Positions 37,260 to 51,144 of a stretch of DNA of 64,000 nucleotides are shown here, one piece after another (position 1 is the first letter of the stretch; every line of letters starts with the position of its first letter). Both the position numbers and the translations under genes were made by a program. The notes beneath the pieces were generated by a model, which was given only the letters and a program-made list of their open reading frames with translations, was not told where the DNA came from and did not search any database. Source of the stretch: Marsupella aquatica (Eukaryota > Plantae > Marchantiophyta); assembly GCA_973895155.1 (NCBI GenBank), contig OZ316896.1, positions 2,852,001 through 2,916,000 on the forward strand, in the 5' to 3' direction.

Positions 37260-37932
37260 TTCCCACAGGTCTTTGTACTCCGCTACCTTCAGTGTGATTC
37301 ACGAACATAAACGACAACTGGGTTCACTTGGTCACCGAGATGTGCAGCAGCATCTGGAAGGAAAGAAATGCCGCTACCTACTCCCAATTTTTGGGGAGAC
37401 TTCCAGGTTGGGTGGTCCTTCACCAGACTAAAGCTCACCTTATGTCTATGTGCGAGATCTGCCAATCACCCAAAAAAAGTAGACAGATCACCGAAGCCAT
37501 TGTACAACTTCAGGATGCTCTCAAATCGTGGAACCAGATGGACAGCCCAGTCTGCCCTGAACCAACAAGTTGATAATGATTAAACAAAGGAACAGGCACT
37601 CCTTTTTGAATTATAGTAATGGAAATCGCAGAGTCCTGAGGAAGTTTCTGAGACACCACATCGAGCCCTGGCATGGTAACGAACAATACCAGACCAACAT
37701 TAGAAATGAGTACTGGAACAGTAAGCAGGAGTACCAGTACCAGCTTGGTAGGCAGAATAGATGCTGGAATAGTCAATTGTGCAGTTTTTACAAATGGATC
37801 ATGATGCTTGATACCACCTGGTGGTTACATGGGGCCTACTTGCCTATTTAGTGGTGTTTGGTGCGTGGTCTAGCCTGGGCTGTGTTGTTCCGGGTTTGGC
37901 CTTTTCTTCCGGCTTTTTGAAAAAGGAAAAAA
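37260..37932 (+). mobile_element. Decayed LINE 3' fragment
   Basis: VTEMCSSIWKERNAATY (LINE WxIWKERN motif); A-rich end at ~37920-37932. Confidence 0.55.
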
Positions 37933-40053
37933 GGTTTTATCTGAATCAATTCAAATGTTCTGAGCAAGTGCATCCCAGCTTTGCGAGTCCATAGACAAAG
38001 TGGAGGTCCGTACGGGCTTTAGTTCAGATCCTTTTGATGTATATGTTGTGGTGGGCTTGAATCCATAAGGTGCAGCCCAGACTAATAACTTGTTAGAACT
38101 TCAAACTTCATAAGTTTACCTGCAAGAGCATCTCAGGAGCTAAATTTGGGCTGTCACTAGGGTACTAGAGAGGTCTGTTGGGTGTGTTGCAAGCAACTTT
38201 CTCAACTATGAGGTATGTTCAGTTTTTTATTGGGGTTAGTGAAATACTTATAAAATTTTGTGGAAGAACATTATGGGTGTGGATTATAAGAATTATAGGA
38301 TTTTTAAGAACCAAATTTGGAAAAGTAAGTGTAAACAATTTCCTTAAAAATTTTATTTACTTATATTTTAGGGTGTTTATCCTCTCAAAACTTTGGGGTG
38401 ATATGGGAACCCCCTTTCTCCTTGGAGTGAAGCCCTCTAGCATAAGGATACTAATCTCTGTAAGCTCTGATTGATGTCAACTCTTCTCTGAAGCGCATCA
38501 AAATCAATTTGTTGTGATCTGATCTGATTTGAACTGATCTGGTCTTCTTCATCTGAGGTGAAGAGAGTTTAAGGCACAATGTTTATAATTAAGTTTTTGT
38601 TCTTTGAAGCTCTATTTAACAACTCATATTGATCGTAAACACTTGTGGGCATTATATGACAAAGGACCTTGCTGGCCTCACTCCCAGGGAGATCCCATAT
38701 CACAAGAAATTTTCCTGGTTAATAAATGCCCTAAAATATGGGGCCTATTTTTTTACTATGTTTTTACTGCTGACATTAGCAAATATTCTCTAGATTGGCA
38801 TTAAAAACCCCAATTTTTTTATAATTTTCAAAATTGGATTAAGACACCCCTAATATAAGTTCTTCAACAAAACTTTTAAAATATTCTGCCCAATCAAATT
38901 AAAAATCCCTAACCCCACCCCTAACTTATTTGTGCACAATGGGTCTGAACAAACTAAAAGAGGACCTGGGCAAAGGGCTGAATTTAATCACCACTCTGCC
39001 TGCATTGCATTCATAGAGAAATTCCGGTCCTTAGATTTTTCAGCATTTCAAATCCCGTGGTTCCTTGGATGAACCAATCCAGTGTGCTTACTGTAGTGCA
39101 TACAACATCTATTTAAACTAACTAATTCTAACTCACTCATGCTGTCCAATTTCAGTACGGGTCTGTACCAAGTAAGACTCCCTCCCTCCCACTCTAGTGG
39201 TCAACTTTGCCCTTACAACCTTTTCCTGATTTGCTTGTCCTCCATAATTAGAGGACAAAATAATATTTAGATACAAATTATTACCCAGTCTAAGATTACT
39301 ACATCTTCAACATGGAAAAGAAACAGTGCAATCCATTGGCAAAGAATATAAAGGTATGTGAGAAGTGACCTGGAGTAGGAATGTTGAGTCAGAACAGATC
39401 ACATAGGAGAACATCAGACAGCACGTGGGCTTGCTTTTCTCAAAGTTTTTTCCTTTGTCATAAATCTTGAGCACATATGGTGATAATCCCAATTCTTGGT
39501 TTGAAGGCTCGGACAAAGTTCAACTACGAAATTTCATCATTATGGGAGAAAGGACTAGTAAGGTAATCAACAAGCAAACTTTGCAATAGATAAATCACAG
39601 GCTGATATAAGAGCAAGAAAGTCACAATGGATCATTTGGTGTAGATAGAGGAAAGACTAGAAAGAAGATTTGTCAATATGATCAATGGTGGTAATAGACC
39701 TCCAAATTCCAGTATCTACTCTAAAATGGTGAACCTATTATTTAGGGTCTATTGCCTCGAGTGCAAACTCAAGACGTCTACTCTGGGGCATAATTGTAGT
39801 TTAGGGTGGGAGGCCGAAACAGGAATTTGGGGCAGGATGACTTTTTGAAGCTTGGATAGAAAATGTATAGTCACTGAAAACCAATTTGAATGTGAATTGG
39901 TGCTCGGGTGAAAACTGTTAGGAATTGACCCTACTTCACGGCTTTAGTTAGTTTGGACTTACTAGAGTTACTTAATCCTGGGTTACATTAGGATAAGATA
40001 CACTTAGTACAGGCCCACACATCTAGGCCCCCTGGGGTGTGTCTAGGTTGGAG

Positions 40054-40346
40054 CTCGGGGGTCTCACTACATGGGGACCTCCCCATCACCTGCGACGTTT
40101 TTAGGCCTTGGACCCCCTAAAATGTAAGAAAAAATATTATTTTTTAACCCCTATAAAGTTGGAATATTCTTGGAATATTCCAAAAATTGGATTAAAAAGG
40201 CCCTAATGTTCTTATAAGTCTCAAAATTGAATTTAAACCCTATTGTTCTTCTACAAAAATTCTTAAGTCTTCCCTTATAACCAATAAAATGACCCTATCC
40301 TTCGTCGCACGTGATATGCCATTTTTGTGGAAGTGAAACCCCCGAG
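40054..40346 (+). mobile_element. hAT-type MITE, copy A (293 bp)
   Basis: TIRs ctcgggggtctcact / agtgaaacccccgag; perfect 8-bp TSD ggttggag (40046-40053, 40347-40354). Confidence 0.9.
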
Positions 40347-40481
40347 GGTTGGAGGGAGTGCATTATCTTCCTCATTCTTCACATGTACTCTCATATGCTA
40401 TGGATCCTTAAGGAGTTTCTCCACTTGTGACGTCTTGTCGGTGTAACGTCTGATCGAGTGTCTATCTCATGTTTAGTGTTT

Positions 40482-40519
40482 TCTAGTCTAGTCTAGTCTA
40501 GTCTAGTCTAGTCTAGTCT
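40482..40519. repeat. (TCTAG)7 microsatellite
   Basis: Read directly from the sequence. Confidence 0.95.
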
Positions 40520-40962
40520 GACGGGTTTTTACAACAACTTGAATGTCCTCACCTCTATTTATGCTCAAAGAATGGCACCCAGGCTGGTTTGTATTATTGC
40601 AAAAGGCAAGCCATGGGTTTACTTGAATACACCTTTGAGTACGACTTCCTTTTGTTTCTATGATCTGTAAAGTATGTGTCTGCTCACATATACACTTGTA
40701 AATCCCTCAGAGGTCCTTGTTGTAGGTCACTTGGCAATCCTTGCTGTTTATTTTGTTCTTCTCATGGGGATGGCTGAAAGGGAAATCAAGGGAACAAAAT
40801 AGTTGAGGACTGTTGAAGCAGCCCCTTGAGCAGCCTTGGAGGAGAACGGAACAAAGAAACTACAAACATGAGACCTAAGTTAAGAAACAAGGTAGTTTGT
40901 GAAAGTTTTCAAAAGGCAATTGGTCTATTTTGATCAAAAACAGAAAGAACCCTCATTTTCTG

Positions 40963-41304
40963 TGTTAGGTATTTACTCAAGGTCTAGGGTTACGACATGT
41001 AACCGTAGTTAGACTAACCGTAGTTGGAGATGTGGTTAGGTTAACTAGGATGCACACTATATGCCAACGGTGTTTGCTTGGATAAGTGGAACTTAGGCTC
41101 ATTGTTACGGAGCCACTTGAGAGATGAGGAGAGCTTACATTGTAGAGACTTGGTATAGCCGAAGGGCTTAGAGTTCAGTAAAGCTCTCTTGTGTGTTCCC
41201 GTGGACGTAGCCTCAAAGAGGTGAATCACATATATCTTGTGTTGACTACTTGCGAAGTGGATGTGTCATGTGCTTACCGGTGCGACTGTTGTCTATGCTC
41301 AACA
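40963..41304 (+). mobile_element. Solo LTR, Copia-like (342 bp)
   Basis: tgttag...ctcaaca termini; 5-bp flanks ttctg/atctg (1 mismatch); contains cccgtggacgtag...gaatcacatatatcttgtgt, resembling a motif common in plant Copia LTRs. Confidence 0.7.
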
Positions 41305-42689
41305 ATCTGCAATAAATTAATGTGCCCATTTTTTCAAAGTAGACATGACTCATCCAGGTTTAAGCAGGTCTGGTCTGGTCTTTGCTGATCTAGTCTTTCC
41401 TTGGGCAGGAGGCTTATGCTGCTTGTTGCCCCATTGATCTTTTCCACCCACATGCTTTGGAGGCCTTGAGTACATTCCCTACACCCTATTTTGACCATTT
41501 CTTCCAGGCCTGTGCAATTATTGTATTAGGGAGTCTCAAAGCAGGGCCGTAAAGAAAAGTTAGAAGACACTAGTTGTGCCCATAACGCACCTTATGACCA
41601 GATTTTACGGGTCATTGGTTGCAACAGGATATGCATTGACCCATGCCATGGGGAATGAATTACTGGGTACTCCCTCTCATTGTAAGTGCTTTTGGTCCAT
41701 CCTTGTCAAACAAGCCCAAACCTATTACCTCAACAAGCGGTCGCGATAGCATTCTAATAATACACACTGACTAACAAGTAATTTCTGTCCCTAGATGACA
41801 AGATGCCTATTACCTGAACAAGCAGTCACTATAGCATTCTAATAATAGCATTCTAATAATACACAATGAGTGACATGTAGTTTCTAATATATTGACTAAC
41901 ATGTCATCCAAGGTCAGATGACATGGTGATTTTGAAGCTACTATATGGTGAATGCACGTTTCAGATTTTGTCTTATTTAGATTTTTGTGTCATGTATTTT
42001 CATTTCAATCTGCCTTATCAAGGGGCAGCCTTTGTATTCTATACATTTTTAATTAATTTTTAGACCCCTTTAGTTTTAAGTATTCTAGAGTGTTTTGAAC
42101 TTATTTTGGCAGCCCCCTTTCACACAGTATGGGTTTTCTTAGAGATGAAACCAAAGGCTCCACCACCACGAGTGAGAGAAATGATGTTGAAGAACATGAA
42201 TGCATAGTCTCTTAAGTTCTCCTCATGTTTTTCTTTCCTAGGTTTATGGTTTTTATTGAAAGGAGGTCATTCATAAGGCACCCTGAGTTAAGTGCACACA
42301 TCGTAGCATCGTTTGACTCTACCTTTTCTTGGTCACTGTGCTTTTCTTGGCAGACACTTTACTTCTATAACAGCACTTCTATGCTCTCATATTTTATTTA
42401 CTTTCAGATCACTACAAGACAAAAAATAAAGCATGTTCCAGGATGAGCATGCTATATCATCCAGGGACAGATGACAAGATGCCTATTACCTCAATAAGCG
42501 GTCAAATAGCATTTTAATAATAGACAACGACTGACATATAATTTCTGTCGCTGGATGACAAGCAATCACGATAGCATTCTAATAATACACAATGATTGAC
42601 ATGTAATTTCTGTCCCTGGATGATAAGATGTAATGAAACTATATTGGGATGAAGGAGGGTTTTGGTCATATCTCAAAGTTAAAGGGTAG

Positions 42690-43310
42690 TACTTTCTTAT
42701 GTCATTCAATTTTGACATCCCATAACTTTGACATCCCATAACTCTTATTACTTTCTTATGTAATTCAATTTTGATATCCCATAACTTTTATTACTTTCTA
42801 TATGTCATTCAATTTTGACATCCCATAACTTTTATTACTTTCTATATGTCATTCAATTTTGACATCCCATAACTTTTATGGCTGTTCCTGTAACTCAATT
42901 TTTACTGTCAACTCTCCTTTCTTATGTCATTCAATTTTGACCTCTTATGTCATTCAATTTTGACCCCCCATAACAACTCTCCTTTCTTATGTCATTCAAT
43001 TTTGACCTCCCATAACAACTCTCCTTTCTTATGTCATTCAATTTTGACCTCCCATAACTTTTATGGCTGTTCCTGTAACTCAATCCTTATAGTCAACTTG
43101 CTACAATTTTGACCTCCTGTAACTCAATCCTTATAGTCAACTCGCTACAATTTTGACCTCCTGTAACTCACCTCCTGTAACTCAATCCTTATAGTCAACT
43201 CGCTACAATTTTGACCTCCTGTAACTCAATCCTTACAGTCAACTCGCTACAATTTTGACCTCCCATAACTTTTATGGCTGTTCCTATAACTCAATCCTTA
43301 TAGTCAACTG
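42690..43310. repeat. Compound minisatellite
   Basis: tatgtcattcaattttgac(a/c)tcccataact repeated many times, grading into tgtaactcaatccttatagtcaactcgctacaattttgacctcc units. Confidence 0.95.
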
Positions 43311-46300
43311 GCTGTAGCGAGTAGAGCAACTGCTCCTCTTGCAGTACTGTTTCAATCTTCATTAAAACCTACACCCTTCTGTCTTGAAAATCTTCATAAC
43401 CGCCAGTACTCACGTTCATTTACATCATCCACTGCCTGGAGCGGGAGCAATGCGTTTATTTGTATAAATTTTTGAGCAGATTTCCCTCTCTTTTTGTGTT
43501 TTTCCTTCAGTTAATTAGCATAAAGTATTGAATATATTTTTCTTGTGCTTCAGTCATTTGAGACTAATTTCAGGGGGGTTCCTACGGCAATAGGGTAGTA
43601 AAAAACAAATCAATGGAGTGGTAAGGATAGCCAGGGGTAAGCTTCCAATCAATACCAAATTAAGCGGTTCATTTAAGAAAAGTACTGGAACTGTCGGTGA
43701 AGGAACAAATCCACGCACAGAAATGTACAATCCCAAAATTCATATGAGATCGAATGCTGGAAGGGGCGTCACTGGTTGTCATATTCTTCATCAATAAATC
43801 GGATCGAAAATATAACCAATACGTAGAACTCGGCAAGACAAGGAACGGGTGGGTTCGGGTTGTTGCTATTTCCTAAAATATACTCATTAAACAAGCTTTC
43901 TTCCTGGAGATTCAGCGTCAACAACATCCATTGTTGAGGGTGTTTGAAGGTATCTAATCCTTTGCTAGCCAACAAAACTCTTCTGGGAGGTCATGCTTAG
44001 ATCCACTACACTAGCCGGTCAAGATCTGACCAGTGCAGCGACTCATCAATTCACTCTGCTCTTTGCAGAACCCAATGCTACACACAATCTTTACAACCTC
44101 TCGAAAGAGGAACTTCTTACCGAGAAAAACTTCTTGTGGAAGTCAACTCAGCTCTTTTATTCAGCCAGAAGCCCCAAAACCATCTTTACAACCTCTCCAA
44201 CGAGAGCAATTTCTTACTGCAGGCCAAATCGATTTGACGATTCGGGAAGCTCCAATTAAAATAGAAGCCCGTCCACAACATGAGAGCTAGCTTTGACTGA
44301 CGTCCGACCTGTTCAACTCAAGAAAGGTTGACTGAAGGAGAGGGATTGCACTAATGGAGCTGGGAGAGAAGCAATTAGAGAAGAAACCAATGTCCACGCA
44401 GGCGGGGCCTCGAAATGCAGTATTTCCACAAACCAAGATATCTCCCCACTCTTTACTGAAGGTCCTCAGATAAGACACTCTTTACTCCTCCCTACTTTAC
44501 TGAAGGTCCTCAGATAGTCAATCTAAGACGACTTACGACCGATTTCTATCAAATGAGCTAAACTTAGTCATCCTCACCATTTTAAAATCCTTCCCACTCC
44601 AACATCCTCTTTCGGCAGTTTGACAGTCACATCTATCCCAAGGGATGACAGAAGTTGCTATACTAAGTGTGTAGCTAAAATGAGATTGACAGCCGAACTA
44701 GACCAAAACGTGAAGTAAAGACTACAGACAAAAAATCACAGCAATCCCGCACCCTAATATTTTCATGTAATCAAGTCAAAGGGCAACGACAACCGAAAAG
44801 GAGAGATGTTAGTAACTACAGTAGAGCAATCGGCTCGGGTCGATACCCCCAGCTTGCACTGTAGCAAACAAAGGCAAAGCGAAGGAGGAAAGCAAAGGAA
44901 TAAACATCACGAACACACTCTCCTAAACAAACTCTGAGCACATACTTACAAAAGTATCAAGAAAACGAGCTCACCTTTCAAGCACCGGGTACTTATTACC
45001 TGTTCCCACTTACCGGCCAAATCGAAAGCGCCCATTACGCTACCATACACATGCGCTGAAAGACTGCGCCAACACAAACCGCCCGGGGCACCGACGAGTC
45101 CCACATTCACCTTCAATTTTGCGGCAGGAGAAAGTGCATCAAGCGTAACCCAGTACGTCAATGATAGAACCGGCCTCCGTAGATAGTATCTCAAACACCA
45201 ATCAAGAATGTCCCACCTGATGCACGTATAAAGTTGTCCACACTGACAGGGCTGACCTACTCACGGAATAGACTTCAGATCATTGAGATCTCAAGGAGAC
45301 GTCCGCGAAGGTAACAGGAAGAAGAATGTCAGGTACCGGAGCACATTCTCACTCCAAACTCCAGATCGTATCAGACCTCCCAATAGCACAAAACTTCACG
45401 GGCACAGTAACTAGCAGAATGAGGTGCAACAGACCACGTAGCATGAAAATTTCTCGAACCAACTCACCCAGAATGAATCCACTATTGGTATGCGTGAATG
45501 CTCATCTCCCGAACTGACTGCTGGTACTTAGCTCTTGCAACTGGCAATCAATACCGAACGCGCTGTGGATGACATACTGCTCCTACGGTATCTTGCAGTC
45601 AGGTATAAAAAGAGAATTTCTTCTGCTCAGTCGAGTCATGAAGTCTGGCCCATATGTTGCTCACAGAGTGCTCACATGTACTCGATCCCGTGAATGCTAC
45701 CGAGATTCACCGGTAATCGATCCAGACAGCAGTTGTCACTCTCTGGACAAAGAAACCTTCCACAAAGAGTCTCCCAGCCGACACTGGTACGGACCACTAG
45801 TACGCTGTGAGCAGCCTCATGGATCACTAAAAATGCGCCACAGGTGCACCGATTGAGCATACTTCCTCAACCAGTTAGATGTCCATTGATCACTATGAGA
45901 ATGATAGCAAAGACAGCAGGAGAAACTCCACGGATAGTAGAATGTACCGACAAACGCTTTATCACTGTTCTCTGTAGTGATAGTTCTGAGAAAGAGATTA
46001 CCAATGAAACCCCAACACTGAGCAGTATCCAAAGTACCACTTGGCAGAACTTCCTTGGAAGCGAGATGATGGTCTCTAAGTACTGTCCTCCCTCAGAGCA
46101 AACCTTCTCTTGATTCAAAGAGTAGCCTTTCACTTGAAATAAACACGCAGAGGCCCAGAACCCGGAATCAGTCCAACAATACTGCAGCCCGGTAACCGTG
46201 CAAACATGAGCAAAACCGAACTTCTCAATAACATCGATACGCTGGGAAACCAGAACTGTAACATGTGAGGCCACAAATAGCTTAACCACGAATGCTCTTC

Positions 46301-46817
46301 ATTGTCAAACTTACTTCTCAGAGGTACACAAGTTCAAGCTGCCAAACGGTCAAAGGCTGTCAAGGTCCAGTAAATTGCCAAATGACCAATGCGTGCTGCC
46401 TGAAACGTCCGACGTCACTTATTCCTTGTATACATCAGATCACGTTACCAAGAAACTTAGAGAGACAAAACTTGGACCCAACAGCTCCACAACATTGTAC
46501 TAAGCTTAGATCCCGACATCTTGGAAGCTGCAGCTGTGAGCACCCACTGAAAGTAAACCCAGTACCAAAATGATCATGAGCAAGGAGCACCATCTGATTA
46601 TAAAACAAAAGCCGCTCTGATCTATGCACCAGAAACTCTCCCGGAACATCTCAGAGTTGGGACTGCCCTTCAAGCGAACTCTTCGTGAAGTCAAGTACTT
46701 CGTACTTTAGCATCGAGAAGGTGACAACGTGATTCGGATAAAGTCTGCAACTCACACTCGGCAAAAACAGACGGGAACACATATGAGTTTCCTCGGAATC
46801 ATTCCACTACTGTTACA

Positions 46818-48258
46818 TCAATAGCGATCGTCGTAAGAAGACCGTCCACCACCGCTGCTGCCACCGCTTGGGCGGTCATAAGGTCCAGATCGGTCTCGGT
46901 GATTCCCTCCTTCGTATCGTGACGGGCCACCACTGCTGTATCTGTCGCTGCCACCACCACGGCCTCCTCCACTCTCCCGGTGAGATACAGATCGGCCACC
47001 TCCTCCATAGCGATCACCACCGTTGTAACGGTCTGATCCACCATGTCTATCACTTCGATCGGCACCGCTGTAACGACTGCTCCCGTAGCCGCCACCACTC
47101 CCTCCACTGTAACGATCACCTCGGCTACTTCCATAGCTGTCGCGACCAGATGAGTAACGACCACCGCCGCCTCCGCCACTCGAAGGGCACTCTCTTGCCC
47201 AATGGCCGGGCTGTCCGCACTTGAAACAATCTCCACCGCCTCCACCACCACCACCGCCTCCGCCGCCAAAGCTCTTACCCCCTCCATAGTATCCTCCGCC
47301 ACTGCCTCCATATCCACGCTCACCTCCGCCTCCTCCCGTCTTCGGCTGAGCCTTATTCACCGTTATAGGCCTGCCATCCAGGTCCTTCCCGTGCATCCGA
47401 TCAATGGCTTCGTCCATCGACCGCTCGTCGCCAAAAGTGACAAAGCCAAACCCACGTGATCGGCCAGTGTCTCTATCTACAACAACCTGGACGAAAAAAC
47501 AGAGTAACCCATGAGAACAAGAAAGGCAATATTCCGAATTGATCGTAAGTTTGGACATCTGACTACGTACGAGAAGAATTCTCAACTAGACTCGACCAGA
47601 TAACGCAAGGGAAACATGAGAGGAAACAGTCGAGGCAAAACATGAATTCGAAGTGCGACAGTTATATCCCACACTAGCTCTAGGATATAACTGTCAACAT
47701 CGAGGGAGGCAGCCTTTCTGAGAAATGAAGCGGGAAATCAGTACCTAGTTACCAGACTCAACAGCACACACAGAAAGCTACCTTCCCCCAAATAAACGAC
47801 GGAAAATAATACGTCATGAATTACTCAGCAAAATAGGGCAGTAGTTTCCACAAAGAAAGAATAAGGCGAGCAAAGTTCTCAAAACCTAGGAACAAACCAA
47901 ACCCTCAATAAACCAACATTTTCAAAAACATCAACACCGAACACGAACAACCCTGTGGAAAGAAGAAGGCGAGCAAAGTTCTCAAAACCTAAGAACAAAC
48001 CAAAACATCAACACCGAACACGAACAACCCCAACCATACGCCTCTCTCTTTGCCTCCAAAACCGTCAGAGCGCAAGTCTCTCAATTGCACAAGGAGGTTG
48101 GCACAACCGCAAAAGGCGAAAAATCAACAACACATACGGACACTTACCTTAGCCTCGTGCACGCTGCCAAACGCGCGAAACGCATCCTCCAAGGCTCTGT
48201 CTGTGGTACCCCACGACAGGCCCCCCACAAAGCATCGAAACTCCTCCGTCGAAGCCAT
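46818..48258 (-). CDS. RZ-1: RZ-1-type glycine-rich RNA-binding protein (RRM + CCHC zinc knuckle + Gly/Arg/Asp/Tyr-rich tail), 259 aa
   Basis: Exon 1 48258-48148 [37 protein letters not shown] (RNP2); exon 2 47486-46818 [18 protein letters not shown] (RNP1), [14 protein letters not shown]; GT-AG intron, 780 nt in frame. Confidence 0.95.
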
Positions 48259-48561
48259 CTCACACGTTGCCTCCCGTTTTCCTCCTCCTCCACAACCACA
48301 GCAACAAGAACCTGCAATCCACTCGAGCTCCGCGTCCCGAAAGCGACGACCGATCGAGAGATGAGCCGTGCCTTCGATGTCTAGCAGATTAGGGTATTGA
48401 GCCGCAGCACGTTCCAGTAACGCGACCTCGCTATCACTTCAGTGGTGGAGTCACTAGCTCTGCCTTCGTTCGGCATCGCCCTCCTTGTTGCGGTTAGAGT
48501 AACGACTTCGGGCACCCACCCACCTCTCTCTCACACGGGCTTTCCTCTTACCTCGATGTCT

Positions 48562-49230
48562 CTTTGTTTTTGGGGGTGGCTAGGATAAAACCCTAAACTC
48601 TACGTGACCTTTGTTTTTGGGGGTGGCCAGGATAAAACCCTACTCTAGGTGACGTGCTTGAAGCAAAGGGGGGTGGCCAGGATAAAACCCTACTTCTAGG
48701 AGACGTGCTTGAAGCAAAGGTATTTTGCTTCACCAAACCCCACAAAGAGAAGAGTTATTTCATAGGACCCTTGAGGTTTTGGGTACATGGATTCAAGGTG
48801 TATGGTACATCGATTCAAGGTGTATGGTACATGGATTCAAGGTCTATTAAAGATCTGTATCATTCAAGGGTCCTACTAAGTTACACTTTTCATTTTGGGG
48901 TCCCATGAAGCAAGTATGTGCCATCAAGCAAATATCTAGATTGAAGCATGGTGTTGACAAAAATTGTTTTGGGGGTGGCTAGGTTCAAACCCTATTGTAA
49001 GTGATGTTGATGTGCTGTGAAGCATGTTGTTGGCCAAAATTGTAATTGGCGGAGACTAGGTTAAACCCTACTGCCTACTGTAGGTGACGTTTCTATGCTT
49101 TGAAGCATGGTGTTTACAAGAATTGTATATTGCGAGTAGGCTAGGTTCAAACATTCAAACCTACTGTAGGTGACATTGTTTTGCTTTGAAGCATGGTGTT
49201 GACAAGAAATTGTAATTGGGGGTGGCTAGG
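48562..49230. repeat. Degenerate tandem repeats upstream of RZ-1 containing telo-box-like aaacccta
   Basis: gggggtggc(t/c)agg...aaacccta units at ~48572, 48619, 48670 and 48971; gaagcatggtgttgacaa units at 48943-49205. Confidence 0.75.
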
Positions 49231-49239
49231 AGTGGTGGA

Positions 49240-49810
49240 CCTTGCCAACCAACGCCCTCACCAATCCTGGCACTCACGCCTAAGCACCCTGGTGCCCGAA
49301 CGCCTCCATGGAACTCCTTGAGCAAGTAATTTGATTCCCCTTGCACTGCCTGCATCCACCCCCATACGAAGACGCACTTTCTCCCTAACACAATAGCCGC
49401 TCAACGATCCTCACTGTCCACACAAGCAACCAAGTACCTCGGTAAGTAACCCAATTGAATCTAGATCTCCCCAAATCTAGCATCCTAACTCAAGTTAAGC
49501 AGACATTGGTAAGTAGGTCAATGATAGGTCCTCCCGTTGCCATAAGCCGGAACCAGAGCCGACACCCACTATTCGTCCAAAACAGCTCCCTCTTGGGTGC
49601 AGCCCGGATTTCCCCTCGTACCTATTCATTGCCAACTGACCGCCCTGCTCTAAGGACATGCTCATGACCCAAATAGCGTAGCTTGTCCCAACACGTCGGG
49701 TCCTGACTCTAACAACCAACTCCCAATTCTCACCCACTGATAGCCTACGGGCCGAGTGCCCTTGGAACTCAACCTCCATGCCTACTTGGCCTTGCCTCCC
49801 CAACACAAGC
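49240..49810 (-). mobile_element. Possible decayed Ty3/Gypsy pol fragment (integrase N-terminal region)
   Basis: ESNYLLKEFHGGVRAPGCLGVSA resembles gypsy IL.E.H....GH.G; heavily degenerate. Confidence 0.35.
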
Positions 49811-49889
49811 TACCTTGGGAGACTGAACGCGGCTTGGCTTCTATTTTGGCAAAATTTGGGAAGCAGGCGAGATAGCCACCGCAAACCCT

Positions 49890-50645
49890 GAGAATCCATG
49901 GTACCCTAGACCCAACGACGATTCAGAAGGAGCTCAGTGTTGTTTAATAGGATCCTCAATGGTGTTGTGGATCATAACAATTATTTTTAGCTCAAATTTG
50001 ATGTTGTTGGCAAAGCAAGATTGTCCCCTCACCAGAAAATTACAACAACACTTAAACAATTTGTATATGGAATTGGGGCAGATGCTATCATGGATGAGTG
50101 TTGTCACATTAGAAAGAGTACAACTTTAGAGTCGCTCTGAAGGTTTGCCATACAATCAGGGAACTATATGAGGAAAAGTATTTGCAGAAGCCAAATGCAC
50201 AAGATTTCCAGAATCACCTTGAGATTAATCAGGAGAGAGGGTTTCCAGGTATGTTTGACAAGTCTACATCTCAGGGGCTCACTTTCACAAAAATGGCACA
50301 TCACGTGCAATGAAGGATAAGGTCATTTGATTGGATCTAAGGGACAACTAGAGAATTTTTGTAGAAGAACAATAGGGTCTATTAAATTCAATTTGAGACT
50401 TATAAGAACATTAGGGTATTTTAAATCAAAATTTTAGAATATTCCAACTTTATAGTGGTTCAAAAATATTTAAAATTCTTGCATTTTAGGGGGTCCGAGG
50501 CCAGGTAATGGGGAGGTCTCCTTACAGTGAGACCCCCGAGGTTTACATGCATTGCAAGTGAAAAAATTTCCCTTTGCCTCGCAAGGGCAATATAGCGACA
50601 ACGATAAATCTAAAAGCATAATTCTTGAAACCATGGAGAACGCTA
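49890..50645 (+). pseudogene. PIF/Harbinger DDE transposase remnant, interrupted by a MITE
   Basis: QRRFRRSSVLFNRILNGVVDHNNYF*LKFDVVGKARLSPHQKITTTLKQFVYGIGADA..., YEEKYLQKPNAQDFQNHLEINQERGFPGMF, then after the insertion MHCK*KNFP...QGQY...IILE, matching the plant Harbinger consensus GFPGMLGSIDCMHWEWKNCP. Confidence 0.85.
50270..50540 (-). mobile_element. hAT-type MITE, copy B (inverted relative to A)
   Basis: Reverse-complement homology to 40054-40346 across its length; TIRs ctcaggggctcact / agtgagacccccgag; 8-bp flanks gtctacat/gtttacat. Confidence 0.88.
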
Positions 50646-51144
50646 TAGCAAATTTGTTTCAACTCGAGGTCATTGTAGTTTCTCCCATGGATGGCCATTC
50701 TTGTATGTGAGGGAGACAGGGTGGGACCACGAAGATGCAGAGGATGCAAGACACAAAGATCTACAATGAATGTTGCAAGTATATCACAAGGATTGTCTAC
50801 TTCAAGTTGTCAAGTCCTCAATCTCAAGTCCTCAATCGTATTCAAAGAGGAGCGCACAAAGGACATGACTCAAAGGGGAGTGCACTATGACAAAGTGTGG
50901 TTAACTTCTGACCTAGCTGTAGATTATCTGCCGTGTGGATCATATTGAACAGCCAATTTAGATTTTGGCCGCGATTTCCGGGCCACAGCTCGACCTCTAT
51001 TCTTGACAGAAATGGCAACCACAGATGAGAGTGCGAGGTTGTGGCCGCCACTTGATGTAGGGTACGGGCCGCCGGTGGGAGAACACACCCGCCATATTCA
51101 CCCCCGAGAATTCAATTTGGCAGTTACAAGCTCATTTGAGGGTA

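Noticed and set aside
46799-47459. Overlapping ORFs (174 aa on minus, 118 and 85 aa on plus)
   Set aside because: Shadow frames of the low-complexity Gly-rich RZ-1 exon
40054-50540. A 10.5-kb Pack-type transposon carrying RZ-1 between inverted repeats
   Set aside because: Each repeat is a complete MITE with its own TIR pair and its own 8-bp TSD; the outer flanks (ggttggag vs gtttacat) do not match
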